A stretch of 64,000 nucleotides of DNA from Octopus sinensis (GCF_006345805.1 NC_043003.1:46128001-46192000), one strand, 5' to 3'; numbered from the stretch's first letter, positions 41,188 to 55,288 are shown. Numbers and translations: made by a program. Notes: generated by a model not told the origin, from the letters alone.

Positions 41188-41242
<55 letters not shown>

Positions 41243-41962
41243 GTATAAAATATATATGCTATACATAAAGGTTTACAGACATGCGCACATGATGCACATC
41301 ATCCAAATCCAGTAAAATACCGGTAAAATTTGTAGGACATTCGAAACATTCTCCATTTGAGCTTCTTGAAATTAATATATTCACACACTTCGTCGTGTGC
41401 CTCTGCAAATGCACGTAAGTAAAAAGTAATGACACACGCATGTGCATACACACTCGCGTGCCTAATTACTAAAGAGGCATACAGAACATTACTGCAGGTA
41501 CATATATCCACATATATGCTCACACTATCTACACATACACCGGGAGCTATTTTCACTAAAAATGTTTTTTCTTAGCGACCGGTTTGAATTCTAAACATAA
41601 ATACATGCATAAATGCATACATACTTGCATACATACACATACATACATACATACATACATACATACATACATACATACATACATACATACATACATACAT
41701 ACACATGCATACATACATGCATACATACATACATACATACATAGATACATACGTACATACATACATACTTACATACATACATCTTTATACCTGTAATTAT
41801 TGGAGCACAGAAATATGTAACACACTGCCTAAGTACCACTCTTGAGAAATTAAGCTTCTCAAAACCAGAAAGGAGAAAGCTGATTCGAAGATTATAGATC
41901 GAAGCTATCACTGGAACTTTAAAGATCTGTAAAACTTATCGGAATTTTATAATTTAAGTATT

Positions 41963-42195
41963 CAGGGTTGGCCAAAAGTCAGCTGACAGTAAATCACAAC
42001 CATTTAATTCCAAGATTTATTTAAGTTTAACAACTGAATGAATTTAATAAAAGTATCTAAATATGAAACATCATTAAAATTCTTCAAACTGAAGTCCTTC
42101 TTGAGCGACACATTTTTCCATTCGAGTCAATATACAATTACAGATAGTATTTATGGAATTTTTATTTACTGTCGGGTGACTTTCGGCCAACCCTG
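41963..42195. mobile_element. Tc1/mariner MITE (233 bp)
   Basis: About 32-bp TIRs cagggttggccaaaagtcagctgacagtaaat / atttactgtcgggtgactttcggccaaccctg + TA. Confidence 0.88.
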
Positions 42196-42271
42196 TATAT
42201 ATGCGCATGTCTAGATATGCAACTATATGCATGTGAATACGTGGATAAGAGGAAATCTAGAAATCTGCACA

Positions 42272-42465
42272 CTCTTTACTCTTTTACTTGTTTCAGTCAT
42301 TTGACTGTGGCCATGCTGGAGCACCGCCTTTAGTCGAGCAAATCGACCCCAGGACTTATTCTTTGTAAGCCCAGTACTTATTCTATCGGTCTCTTTGTGA
42401 CGGAGACGTAAACACACCAGCATCGGTTGTCAAGCAATGCTAGGGGGACAAACACAGGCACACAA

Positions 42466-42498
<33 letters not shown>

Positions 42499-42674
42499 CA
42501 TACATATATACGACAGGCTTCTTTCAGTTTCCGTCTACCAAATCCACTCACAAAGCATTGGTCGGCCCGGGGCTATAGCTGAAGACACTTGCCCAAGATG
42601 CCACGCAGTGGGACTGAACCCGGAACCATGTGGTTGGTTAGCAAGCTACTTACCACACAGCCACTCCTGCGCCT
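42272..42674 (-). mobile_element. SINE family B, near-complete young copy
   Basis: Reverse complement nearly identical to 31355-31706. Confidence 0.95.
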
Positions 42675-43455
42675 ATGTATATATATGCAAAAATATCCTG
42701 CTGATGCTGAAAATTCAAACCAGCTTTTTCTCTATTGGCAATAGTCTTAAAATAAAATTCGGCATTGACATACATACATAAACATGACTATGTTGATGAG
42801 AGTGTCTAAATTCCAAAGAATGAGCTTTGCTTCTAGGAAAATATTTGTCTCTTTCTACATTATTGAGGAATTCGAAAAAGAAAACCAGGAAGATATACAT
42901 ACATACATATGTACATACATACATACATACATACATACATACATACATACATACATACATACATACATACATACAAAGATACATACATACATGATGTATG
43001 CTCTATCATCTATAAAGGAGCACAACATTGAAAAGAGTACAAAGAAATTCAGTGATACCCAGTCATAATTTTGGACACAATAAAGCTTTTAAAACACATG
43101 ATAGACCTTCTCTATAAATACATACACGCATTTATACACATATACATATAAATTATAGCATATATAAAAGCCTCCATACCTCTATATAAACATAAATATC
43201 TTGATGCATACATATTCACCTGTCTCCAATATACATTTCTACAACAGGTTGTTTATATTATGCACTATATTTACTGGGCAACAATTGTACATTGATATAC
43301 GTACATATGTCCACTTAGGCATTCATTTATTCAAGTCAGTAGCTCAATCAATCATTACAAGTGGCATGATTATCCTTAATATTGAAGACTATACATTTAC
43401 AAATGCACACATATGAAAACACATTCAGAAACATGTATGTGTGTATCTATGTGTG

Positions 43456-43603
<148 letters not shown>

Positions 43604-43671
43604 TGTATATATGTATGTATATATATTTGTATATATGTATGTATATAACCATCTATGTATATATGCATGTA

Positions 43672-43704
<33 letters not shown>

Positions 43705-44142
43705 GTTGTCTTACATTCTTAGCACACATAAACATGAAGACAATGGTTGAAACTACTAAAAGAAATATGGATGAGTGCATGTATAGATATGCGTGTATAT
43801 GTGTATGCATGATTTCATATTTGCTTATGCATACACACGCATGCACACACATATACAGAGACAGAAATGTTTATGCTTGTGTGTATATATATGTATATAT
43901 ATTTATGCATATATTTATATATAGATATATATGTGTAAATACATGCGGATCAATATGTAAGTAGATAAAAGAAAGCTTGTAACATTACATGTGTGCAGAC
44001 ACGTACACACACACATACACAGAGACACAGAGAGACAAACACATACACACAAATACACGCAGGTAAGCAACTAGTCAGAGAATCAGATTGTTGGACAGAC
44101 AGACATATTGAGAGACAGACGAAGAGACAGATATAGATAGAG

Positions 44143-44247
<105 letters not shown>

Positions 44248-44289
44248 TTTCATGCATTATCACTGCTACCATGAGAAAAATTTCACCTC

Positions 44290-44930
44290 CATCTTTATAG
44301 TACTACGACTATATCATTGTTTTGGTCGCACCTACATTACCACCTCCACTACAACTACGATACCAGCACAACAGTCCATACTGTCACCGGCATTATATTA
44401 ATTATCGCCAAAACCGACACCACCATACCTGCGACCATTATTTCGACCATAATGAGAACCTCCATCAAAACCTGCAATACCATCAACAGAATCATAACCA
44501 TCACGACTATCAAACCACGACCACTACCTCCACCATAATCACAACCAACACTATTATCATCAGCATCATGAACATCACCTCCAGCACCACAACCACCACC
44601 ATCCAACTATGATCACTGCTGCCTCAACCATAGCCACAAGCACCGTCACAACCACCACATCCATCACCACCGACACCACCACCGTCATAACGATTTCCAT
44701 CAACAAAAAAACCGGCCTCTGCTTCCATAACCAAAAATTTTCCATTGAAGCCTCTACCAAAACCACGACCTCCAACATAACCAGCACTGCCACCAACATC
44801 ACAAACACCTACACCACCACCACTACTAACTTCACTACCACTTTCATCACCATTACCAACACCAACACCATTGCTACCAACACCAATACCACCACCACCA
44901 ACACCACCACTACCCCGCCACTGCCACTGC
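44290..44930. repeat. Degenerate (ACC/CAC)n array
   Basis: Direct reading; gives the poly-Thr/Val ORFs. Confidence 0.85.
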
Positions 44931-45505
44931 TAAAACTGCATGCTAAACTAATTAGAATATCTGTAAACTGTCGGTGAGAAACTATCGATTACCTGTGGTT
45001 GTGATTTACTTTGAATTCTGTAGAAATGTGTGACTCACCTTTTCCACTGGCGTAATACATCCATACATAGCTATACATATAAGCATCAGAGCACATATAC
45101 ACACCCCTACATGCAACTAACTACACTCACACAATTCTTATATACAGCTAAGCATATCACAACACATATACATACATAACTACAACAATATGCAGAGACA
45201 TATACAATCACACACACACACACATACACACGCATACAATGCTATACAAATACATATATATATATGGAGAAAGTTACAAACACAGCTACACACACAGTTG
45301 CACACATACATTTATACACATTTATCAACACGCATACAGGCACATAGGCGCATTATGATATATACAGAAATTCACCCGTACAGAAACACACACGAAGACA
45401 ATGCTATACACAACTGCATGGAAATAGTTATATTATATATATATAACTATTTTGGTAGAAGCTTCATTGGAAATTTTTTGGTTATGGAAGCAGAAGCCGG
45501 TTTAT

Positions 45506-45561
<56 letters not shown>

Positions 45562-46530
45562 CGATAATAAATCTCTGAGCGATATGTATATATATATACA
45601 AGCTATGCACGTACAGTTACTTATACAAGCTACATACACATACATAGTTTCAAAAGCACAAATACACACACAATCACGTGTACATGTAGATACGTAGTCT
45701 ACCCAAACCTATACATAGATATACACATACCTTCACTAACCCGGATAAACATACACTTACACACACACACACTAAACTTTCCCTAGCGCTACACGCAACT
45801 ACAGAAGCAACAGAGGAATATATAGGTGCATACCTGCAGATACGCATAGAAACGCATACACAGCTTACATGGAAATACCTATAGCTACTAATCAACTACA
45901 TTCAGACATACAAGTATACACACTCCAGCACGCATGCACACACATGTGTGTATTTATATACACTCCTAAAAATAGAAGTCGAACGCTCCACAAATCCTAA
46001 ATTTTACTTCGAATTGGAAGGACACACTTCATAGTGTAGTCCTAAATGCACGATGCTTGGAAGAAAGGAAAAGAGAAAGTTGGGATAGTCACGGTCGAGA
46101 AGCCTTTGATCACATGCGGAACTTTGGCTAAACAAAACTATAAACATACACTGATACTTTTACACAACGGCGAGTTTATGTATGCGACTGTGTGCACGGT
46201 TGTATGTGTACTTATGCATGTATTGCAATGTATGCACTTGTCTATGCGGACCGTGATTTATGTATGGTAAAAATGCTAATATCAGGAAATAACATTTATA
46301 GTGTTTGTGAGAATATTATATACAGAAATATGCAAGCATTTAAATCTGTGTAACTAACGGAATCTTTATATATGCCCGCATAAACACAAACACACATAAA
46401 CATATGAAATTGTACATATGGTATGAGTGTGTTTGCTTGTGTGTGTGTGTGAGTCTGTGTGTGTGTGAGTCTGTATGTGTATGAGTCTCTGTGTGTGTAT
46501 AAATATTCATGCATACACACACACACACAT

Positions 46531-46577
<47 letters not shown>

Positions 46578-47006
46578 CTCTTATAGGCACATACACAAGC
46601 ATATGTGTATGTTTGTTTGTACGTGTGTGTGTTCGTGTGTGTGTAAATATTTATATGTATCTATCTACGCTGTTGGCTGCAAATACCGGATACCGTACAC
46701 TTGATGGGCAGACCCTCCTTCCATTTCAAAAAGGGGGGAAAAAAAGTCCTGAAAAACTGGAGTAGAATAATTAACATGTGCAGAGGAGAGCATCAAGTGT
46801 TAGGACATATTTCTACAAAACTACAGTTTCTAGAGATGTTTATCTTTCCGTTAGTCAGGGACTTTTGAGGAAATAGACTCCAGATTGTTCATTAGAAAAA
46901 GATTTACAGCGTGATGAGACATCATTGAACATCAGAAAGATTAACCAATGTGTGCAGTTCGTGTGACTTCCTGTAATAAATCTATAGCAGTCATACATAC
47001 ATATAT

Positions 47007-47060
<54 letters not shown>

Positions 47061-47540
47061 ACACATATGTATTCACTGATTCATAAGTATACAAATAATA
47101 CAAATATGTATACACATGTACATATGTACATACACACTGACGCTCACACATACATTCATACATACATATATGTATATATATATATATATATATAACATGC
47201 ATATATATATATGTCCATATGGATATGTATATGTATTTATAATGTTTCGGGTGTGTAGCAGTTAGTGGGAGTATGCAAATTGCTATGACTTATAAGAAAA
47301 AAAAGAACTACGCGATACCGACAGCCGACACTTCACATTTCCGTATGCGATGTTTTATGTCACCAATCTACAGACAAAATATGCAGAGTGTTTTTTTCTA
47401 TAAATCAGAGGCGTGTATCTTTCATATACTCAACATGAAGCAACGGCTTTAGCAGACATAATATAACACACACGCACACACACACACGCACGCACAAGCA
47501 CACACACATACAGAGAAACACATACATATTTACGTATATG

Positions 47541-48055
47541 TATAGGATTTGGGGGCTAAATTTATCAGTTTGCATAAACGGAAATTTATACTGAATATCA
47601 CATCCAATGTAATAAGTATTTTTAAAATATCAGCTAGATATGGCCGGGAGATAGTTTACTCCAAATAGCCATCCTCGGCGTCCAATAGCCTCGAGACGTC
47701 TCCACAACAAGATATATGCCTTTCTTACTATATCCTCCGGTAGATTTCGAACACTTCCTTGATCTTGGCCGCCAGGCTGGCCTTTGTGTAAAAGACAGAG
47801 TGCTTTGTATCATTCTCAACCCAGCCATTCACGTAAGGATTACAACTGGCGGAATTAGGAGGCCAAAAATAAAGGCTGGTGAAGTCGAAGAAATTCTCTG
47901 ACAACTTCTAAGTTTTTCCAGAAGTATGGCAAGGTTCTGAAACATTCTGCCGCACATATGACCATCTACTACCAACTCTCTCCAGCCAGGGACGCACCAC
48001 AATCACCAGTAGACTCACATAGTCATCTGAATTGAGCCTTAGACCCTGTTCAATA
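47541..48055 (-). mobile_element. Tc1/mariner-superfamily (maT/DD37D-like) transposase 3' relic
   Basis: Minus translation QGLRLNSDDYV.LL...VRPWLERV, PCHTSGK, SENFFDFTS, (W)PPNS..CNP and RRLEAIG.AEDGYLE*. Confidence 0.8.
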
Positions 48056-48068
48056 ATATACGGACAAA

Positions 48069-48367
48069 TTTGTTCCTACTCGAGCCATGCCAAGCTCATA
48101 AAGGCCGGTTTCCCGGTTTCCTTGACGTATAGGTTCCCCACCTGGACGGGACGCCGGTACGTCGCAAGTGAGCTGCAAGATGCAGGAGAAAAGAGTGAGA
48201 GAAAGTTGTGGAGAAAGAGTCAGCAGAAGTCCGCCATTACCTTCTGCCGGAGCCGCCAGGAGCTTAGGTGTTTCGCTCATAAACACACACATCGCCGGTC
48301 TGAGATTCGATCCCGCGATCCCTCGACCGGGAGTCCGCTGCTCTAACCACTAGGCCATGTGCCTCCA
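48069..48367 (-). mobile_element. SINE family C, full length
   Basis: Reverse complement tggaggcacatggcctagtggttagagcagcggac...gggatcgaatctcagac. Confidence 0.95.
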
Positions 48368-48461
48368 CTAGGAACAAATTCCGCCTTGTGGACGTAGTTA
48401 GAAAACTTGAATACAGATTGTTCGAGCTAAATTTGACAATTTTTATGTCTCCTTTTTATAG

Positions 48462-48637
48462 GAACAGATTCATGTATTGGTGAACTTTCAAAAGGGCTGG
48501 AGAACAAAACGATTGAAACTAAAGCTGATAGGAAGTTAGCTGACATGGCGGAAAATAGTCACCCGTCTGCTCAACAAAACCATGACACGGACTTACTCAA
48601 GGTTATTGTTGACTCCGAGTATCTGGATATTTCTTGA
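48462..48637 (+). CDS. Candidate terminal exon (G)TDSCIGELSKGLENKTIETKADRKLADMAENSHPSAQQNHDTDLLKVIVDSEYLDIS*
   Basis: Acceptor ttttatgtctcctttttatag; 58 codons to TGA in unique sequence; an in-frame stop lies just upstream in the putative intron. Confidence 0.45.
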
Positions 48638-49304
48638 TGTGTAATACATATACAACAACATGTTTTGAAGGTTTCAGTATTTTCGCTGACGGTCCGCACC
48701 GGCAAAATGCTATAGATAATTTCGGTTGTTCATTAACTTTAATCTCACAGCAATCTCTGATTGTTGCTCGCCTTTGTGACAAATTGAAAACGGAGCGACT
48801 ATCGTGAAGATTCTATCAAAGTTAGTTGAATTCGCGTGTCGTAATCGAAACGTGCGCTAATGTGATTCAAAGAAGGGCCGCGGATTGTGATGCGCTCAGG
48901 AGAATTTTTTTTTGTAACAGGGAAAATAATTGTAGGCATATTGATACAATTAATGATCGCCTTTGCATATGCACACATACAATCGCTCGTGTACACATAC
49001 ACACACGTTTGTGCATGTATATATATATGTAGTAATGCCTATACACCACTAATAATTATATTCGTAGTTAACTCTTTCGATACCAACCCGGCTGGAACCG
49101 CCTTTGGCTCTGTAGTATAAACGTCTTGTTTTCATAAGTTCTGAATGAAAATCTTCCTCCAAACCTTAGTCACAATTTATGTTTGTAACACGAGCTTAAT
49201 GATAAGCAAATTATTTTACTAAATTCTTTGTTGTATTTAAAATTAATTGAAAGTAGCACAGAACATCTCAAAATAAATATGGTAACCATAGGATTGATGT
49301 ATCA

Positions 49305-49600
49305 AAATATTTAGCGTCATTTCGTCCGATCTACCGATTTCAAATTCCATTAATGTCGCTTTTGCCTTTCATTCTTTCGGTAGACAAAATTAGAATCAGT
49401 TGAAAACTGGGAGAATATAATCGACTTATCCCCATCACCTGAAATTGCTGGCCTTGTGACAAAATATGAAATCAATAACTATATTTATTACCAAGGCGAC
49501 GGCCTCGTAGAACTGTTAACAGCAGTTCTTCCGTCCAATGGGATCGATGTAATCGATTTTCCCACCTTCCCCGAAATTACTGTCCTTGTTATATTTGTTG
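49305..49600 (+). mobile_element. Two diverged SINE family A fragments
   Basis: catttcgtccg...ttttgcctttcattctttcgg...gaaattgctggccttgtg; second head aaggcgacggcc at 49494. Confidence 0.6.
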
Positions 49601-50036
49601 CTATAAACTTTAGATTTTTCTCACTGTATACACAATTCTTCCAGAATATCGCCGACCATCTACACTTATATGACGTTAAGAAAATCACATTTTCCTCCAA
49701 ATTTTTGATAGTTGAATTACCATTCCTGGCCAGAATGGTTTGTGTAAAGGGGGAAGAAAGGACCTCTGTTAAACAGTGATAACAATTAATATATGCATAT
49801 TATTGATTAGTTTACAGTGACAAGTGTGATTGTGTGAACGGCGGGTTGTATATACGTATATGTATGTGTATATACATATATTGATAGAAAAGGTATGACA
49901 CCAAAACAATGAAAGTGACCTCGATATTATGTAAATAGAGCAATTTATCTGTAAATATAATATGTAACAATTATTCGTTAGCCATGATAGAACTCCGAGT
50001 TTCTGATGACGGAGCGGAAAATCACACCACCATCTC

Positions 50037-50089
<53 letters not shown>

Positions 50090-50151
50090 GTACGCACATG
50101 CACATATATATATAGATATATATGTATATATATATATATATATACATATAT

Positions 50152-50315
50152 ATACGGTGGGTTTCTTTCAGTTTCCGTCTACAAATGCAGTCAGAAGACT
50201 ATGGTCGACTCTGGCCTTAGCAGAAGATACCTGCCCAAGATATCACCGAGTTCATCTGAGCTCGGAACCATGTGATGAGGAAGCACACTTCTCACTACAC
50301 AGCCATTTCTGCAGC
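50152..50315 (-). mobile_element. SINE family B 5' half
   Basis: ctttcagtttccgtctac...cctgcccaagat...ggaaccatgtg. Confidence 0.75.
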
Positions 50316-51451
50316 TATATGTGTGTGCGTGTGCGTGTGTGTGTGTGCGCGCGCGTATGTGCATGTGCGTACAATATATGACCGTAGCTGCATGGGTGAA
50401 ACAGCTAAAAGAATAAAGGGATTATATATATAACACATATAGTTACACGCACATATATATATATGAATAAGTATAAATATATAAATATATGTGTGTGTCT
50501 GTATATATATGTACATATATATATATATATACACACACACACATATACATATATATACATATATATATATATACACACATATATAAATATATGTCTACAT
50601 ATATATATAAATATATATAAATATATGCGTACACAACACACACACACACACTATATATATATATATATATATACATATATATAAATATATGTGTACATAT
50701 ATATATATGACATAAAATGTGGAGGTCACTAGCTGGCTGCTCAACCTGTAAGGAATAACACCTAAATATCCCTCAAATTGCTGTCTCACCTCATAAAAAA
50801 ATAAATAGATGCATTATTTCTTTTTATACTTGTATACATCCCTTAACAAAAAAAAAAAGAAAAAAAGACTGGACAGTCACAGCAAAGCAACTTTGATCCT
50901 AGATTTGCTCGGTTTACACTGATCTATGGTTAAACAATAAAGTGCACTTATCTAAACACGCGCATATTCGTACACAAAACCGACCACGCTCACGCACACA
51001 CACACGCACTGTCTCTCACACGCTCTCTCACTCAAACACACACATAAGGTATAAGTGTATGCTTTGAATATTATGACGCTCTATGCCGTGACGTTGATGT
51101 TTTTTTCATTAGTTTGTATTTTCGTTTTTGATTTCCCACCAAAAGTATTATTGATTTTGGCTACGGCTTGTCTGTCGTGACCTGGCCGATGCCATCACAG
51201 GTCTTCTTGTCATCGTATCACCTTTGTTGTCTAATCATGTCTTTTATCCCAACACTTCTACTGTAACAATGTTTTGCATTTTTTTTCCTCTCACATTTTT
51301 TTTTGTTATGATATCACAAATCTAGCGTCATCCCATCACGCCTGTCATTATATCGACTTTCATACCGTTTCCATACTACTATCATTTCCATTGTCATCGC
51401 AAGCTTCACATCTATAAGAGCAACAACAGCAAAAACCAACAGCAACAACCA

Positions 51452-51587
51452 CAATAATAATAATCCTGTATATAATGTTATCACTGACCACAATAATGTT
51501 AACAACGGCATCAGTAACAATAACAACAACGACAATAATGATGATGATGATGATAATAATAATAATATAATAATAATAATAATAATA

Positions 51588-51625
<38 letters not shown>

Positions 51626-52357
51626 CAACAACAACAATAATGATAATAAATGCCCTGATGCAGTACCAGACAGTGGCTAATGCCCTGACGCAGTACCAGA
51701 CAGTGGATCTTATTGTTCCTGATCTTAACTGATTGGAAGTGTTATCATATACATTGTTTTGTCTTGGTATAAAAGATGGGCTACAACAAATATTCTGCTC
51801 AATATAACAGATTTGCTTGTAAGTTGTTTGACCATAACCGGTTGACTATGTCCCTTAGTGGCTGAGGATATGTACATCTCTGACCACGAGCAGAAGTAGT
51901 GTGGGAGTATCATAGCCATATGTTGAGAGGGATTCTTCGGGTTTGAATAATTCACCTTTGGAAACATGGGTGGTTCGTTCAACATCCTTAAACAATCTTT
52001 ATTCAGGGACCTTTTGAGCGGGATGGCTACTCGACCAGAAGGAAATACTACCTGGGCCCCAGCTACAAGGTCATATGCCGTTTATCTTGATATGAGATCA
52101 CCATGTAGCGCACATATGGTTGTGATGCATGTGCCAGGTGTATTCTTATCAGACGGGTTATACTGAGCTTCGTAATTTTACCCCAGTGTCACTTTGATGG
52201 CATGCACTGCTCTCTCACTCAATAATAATAATAACAATAATAACAATAATAATAATCCTGTATATAATGTTATCACTGACCACAATAATGTTAACAACGG
52301 CATCAGTAACAATAACAACAACGACAATAATGATGATGATGATGATAATAATAATAA

Positions 52358-52394
<37 letters not shown>

Positions 52395-53030
52395 TAATAA
52401 TAATAATAATAAAACAACAACAACAATAATGATAATAAATGCCCTGATGCAGTACCAGACAGTGGCTAATGCCCTGACGCAGTACCAGACAGTGGATCTT
52501 ATTGTTCCTGATCTTAACTGATTGGAAGTGTTATCATATACATTGTTTTGTCTTGGTATAAAAGATGGGCTACAACAAATATTCTGCTCAATATAACGAT
52601 TTGCTTGTAAGTTGTTTGACCTAACCGGTTGACTATGTCCCTTAGTGGCTGAGGATATGTACATCTCTGACCACGAGCAGAAGTAGTGTGGGAGTATCAT
52701 AGCCATATGTTGAGAGGGATTCTTCGGGTTTGAATAATTCACCTTTGGAAACATGGGTGGTTCGTTCAACATCCTTAAACAATCTTTATTCAGGGACCTT
52801 TTGAGCGGGATGGCTACTCGACCAGAAGGAATACTACCTGGGCCCCAGCTACAAGGTCATATGCCGTTTATCTTGATATGAGATCACCATGTAGCGCACA
52901 TATGGTTGTGATGCATGTGCCAGGTGTACCCTTATCAGACGGGTATACTGAGCTTCGTATATTTTACCCCAGTGTCACTTTGATGGCATGCACTGCTCTC
53001 TCACTCAATAATAATAATAACAATAATAAC
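51452..53030 (+). repeat. Near-identical tandem duplication, unit about 790 bp
   Basis: caataataataatcctgtatataatgttatcactgacc starts at 51452 and 52244; interiors colinear. Confidence 0.97.
51649..52220 (+). mobile_element. Unclassified non-coding element (about 570 bp) embedded in (AAT)n; second copy 52438-53006
   Basis: Begins aatgccctgatgcagtacc (29-bp unit duplicated), ends gcactgctctctcactc + (AAT)n; no tRNA boxes or TIRs seen. Confidence 0.7.
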
Positions 53031-53375
<345 letters not shown>

Positions 53376-53534
53376 TAATAATAATAATAATAATAATAAT
53401 AGTCCTGTATATAATGCTTTTTACTAACCGCAACGGTTGACTAAAAAATATAAAAGATAGAGAAAAATATATTGTAGTATTAAATATAATAAAAGGAAAA
53501 AAACAAATGGCAAAGAAATAAGTGAAAGCGATAT

Positions 53535-53690
53535 CCTTCAAGAACGGGTGAGACTTAGCAGCATTTCTTCCGTCTTTACGTTTTCAGTGAAGATTCTGCC
53601 GAGCTTGCAGATGTAATGGATTATCCCCTCCCACCAAAATTTCAGCCCTTGTGCCTATACTAGAAAGGATTATTATTATTAAGCTGGTAC
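53535..53690 (+). mobile_element. SINE family A variant, internally deleted
   Basis: cttagcagcatttc...cccctcccaccaaaatttcagcccttgtgcctatactagaaaggatt. Confidence 0.65.
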
Positions 53691-53795
53691 ATATGCTAAT
53701 TTAATTAGCAGGGATTTTATCATGTGTTTTGATGACAACATCTCTCGGCGAATACCAAGAATCATCCTTACTAGCATAATATAGAATGGTGCTAA

Positions 53796-54184
53796 GGCGG
53801 CGAACTGGCAGAAACGTAAGCACGGTGGGCGAAATGCTTAGCGGTATTTCGTCTTTACGTTCTGAGTTCAAATTCCGCCGAGGTCGACTTTGCCTTTCAT
53901 CTTTTCGGGATCGATTAAATAAGTACTAGTTACGCACTGGTGTCGATATGATCGACTTAATCCGTTGGCTGTCTTTGTTTGTCCCCTCTGTATTTAGCCC
54001 CTTGTGGGTAGTAAAGAAATAGGTATTTCGATTGTCTTTACGTTCTGAGTTCAAATTCCGGCGAGATTGGCATTGTCTTTCATCCTTTCGGGCTCGATAA
54101 ATTAAGTACCAGTTACGTACTGGGGTCAATCTAATCAACTGCGCCCCTTCCCCAACAATTATGGGCCTAGAGTAGAAAAGAATA
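53796..54184 (+). mobile_element. SINE family A complete dimer
   Basis: Full monomer + A-box-less second monomer joined at gaaatag|gtatttcg (54021). Confidence 0.92.
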
Positions 54185-54328
54185 TAGACTGGTGGTTTCT
54201 ACAGGTCCACATTGCGAGGTTCAATTCCAGATAACATTTTCGAGTCATACCATTTTCGTGTGCATCAATTACTACAGGAATAATTCCTGTCTTAATTTTC
54301 CACATTCACCTGAGTTCTCCTGATAATA

Positions 54329-54490
54329 TTCTTCTTCTTCTTCTTCTTCTTCTTCTTCTTCTTCTTCTTCTTCTTCTTCTTCTTCTTCTTCTTCTTCTTC
54401 TTCTTCTTCTCTTCTTCTTCTCTTCTTCTTCTTCTTCTTCTTCTTCTTCTTCTTCTTCTTCTTCTTCTTCTCCTCCTCCTCCTCCTCCTC
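54329..54490. repeat. (CTT)n/(CCT)n polypyrimidine tract
   Basis: Direct reading. Confidence 0.97.
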
Positions 54491-54509
54491 ATTGCTCTTA
54501 TTAATGCAG

Positions 54510-54735
54510 TGAGGCGGCAGAGTCGTTAGCACACCATGCAATGTGCTTACCGGCATTTCGTCCGTCTTCTTCACTTTCTGAGTTCAAACTGCGCCGAGGT
54601 CGACCTTGCATTTCAACCATTCGAACTCGATAAAATAATAAGTAGCAGTCAAGTAGTGGGGGCTCGATTTGATCGAGTAGCCCCTTTCCCACAAATTTCA
54701 GGCCTTCTGACTAATAGTAGAAAGAATTATTATTA
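54510..54735 (+). mobile_element. SINE family A variant
   Basis: ggcggcagagtcgttagcac...gagttcaaact...aaatttcaggcc...gtagaaagaatt. Confidence 0.8.
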
Positions 54736-55216
54736 CCATGATTATAATTTCAAGAAGACGGATTAGGTTTAACCAATTCAGAACAAAATATCACTAGTAC
54801 TAGACATATCAATCTCCAAAGGAAAACAGGCCAGACTAGTCAGCATTTGGTTTTAAAGTGAAATAGGAATAGTGAAGATGACAGTATGAAAGAATGCTCT
54901 AATTCTCGTCTCTTTGATCCGTGTTTGGTAATAAGTAACCAGATCCTAAACTAGTGGGTGTATTTGTGGAGAAGTGGTGGAATTCCATGCATCTACATTT
55001 ACAAATCGCTGATGATAGGTAAGTAAATTACCCAAAAGTACATGCACTCGGGTAAGCAGAGACGAACCAAATTATGCATGAGAAGACACAAACGTGAAAC
55101 CCCCACCTTTCAATCTCTCTTCCCCTCCACTCATTTTCTATCAGTATTTCTATATATATCTATTTTTCTATATGTATATATATATATGCGTGTGTGGCGT
55201 GTTCGTGTGTGTGTCG

Positions 55217-55247
<31 letters not shown>

Positions 55248-55251
55248 TATT

Positions 55252-55288
<37 letters not shown>

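Noticed and set aside
41336-41414. Additional AG/GT-flanked open frames (41336-41414, 13725-13828, a 21-nt microexon near 20551, near 56608, 61775 onward)
   Set aside because: Phases or order do not fit the main chain and peptides are uninformative. Their number shows the background rate, which is why exon confidences are kept low
54272-54574. Poly-Glu/Lys/Arg ORFs
   Set aside because: Direct product of the (CTT)n tract plus a SINE
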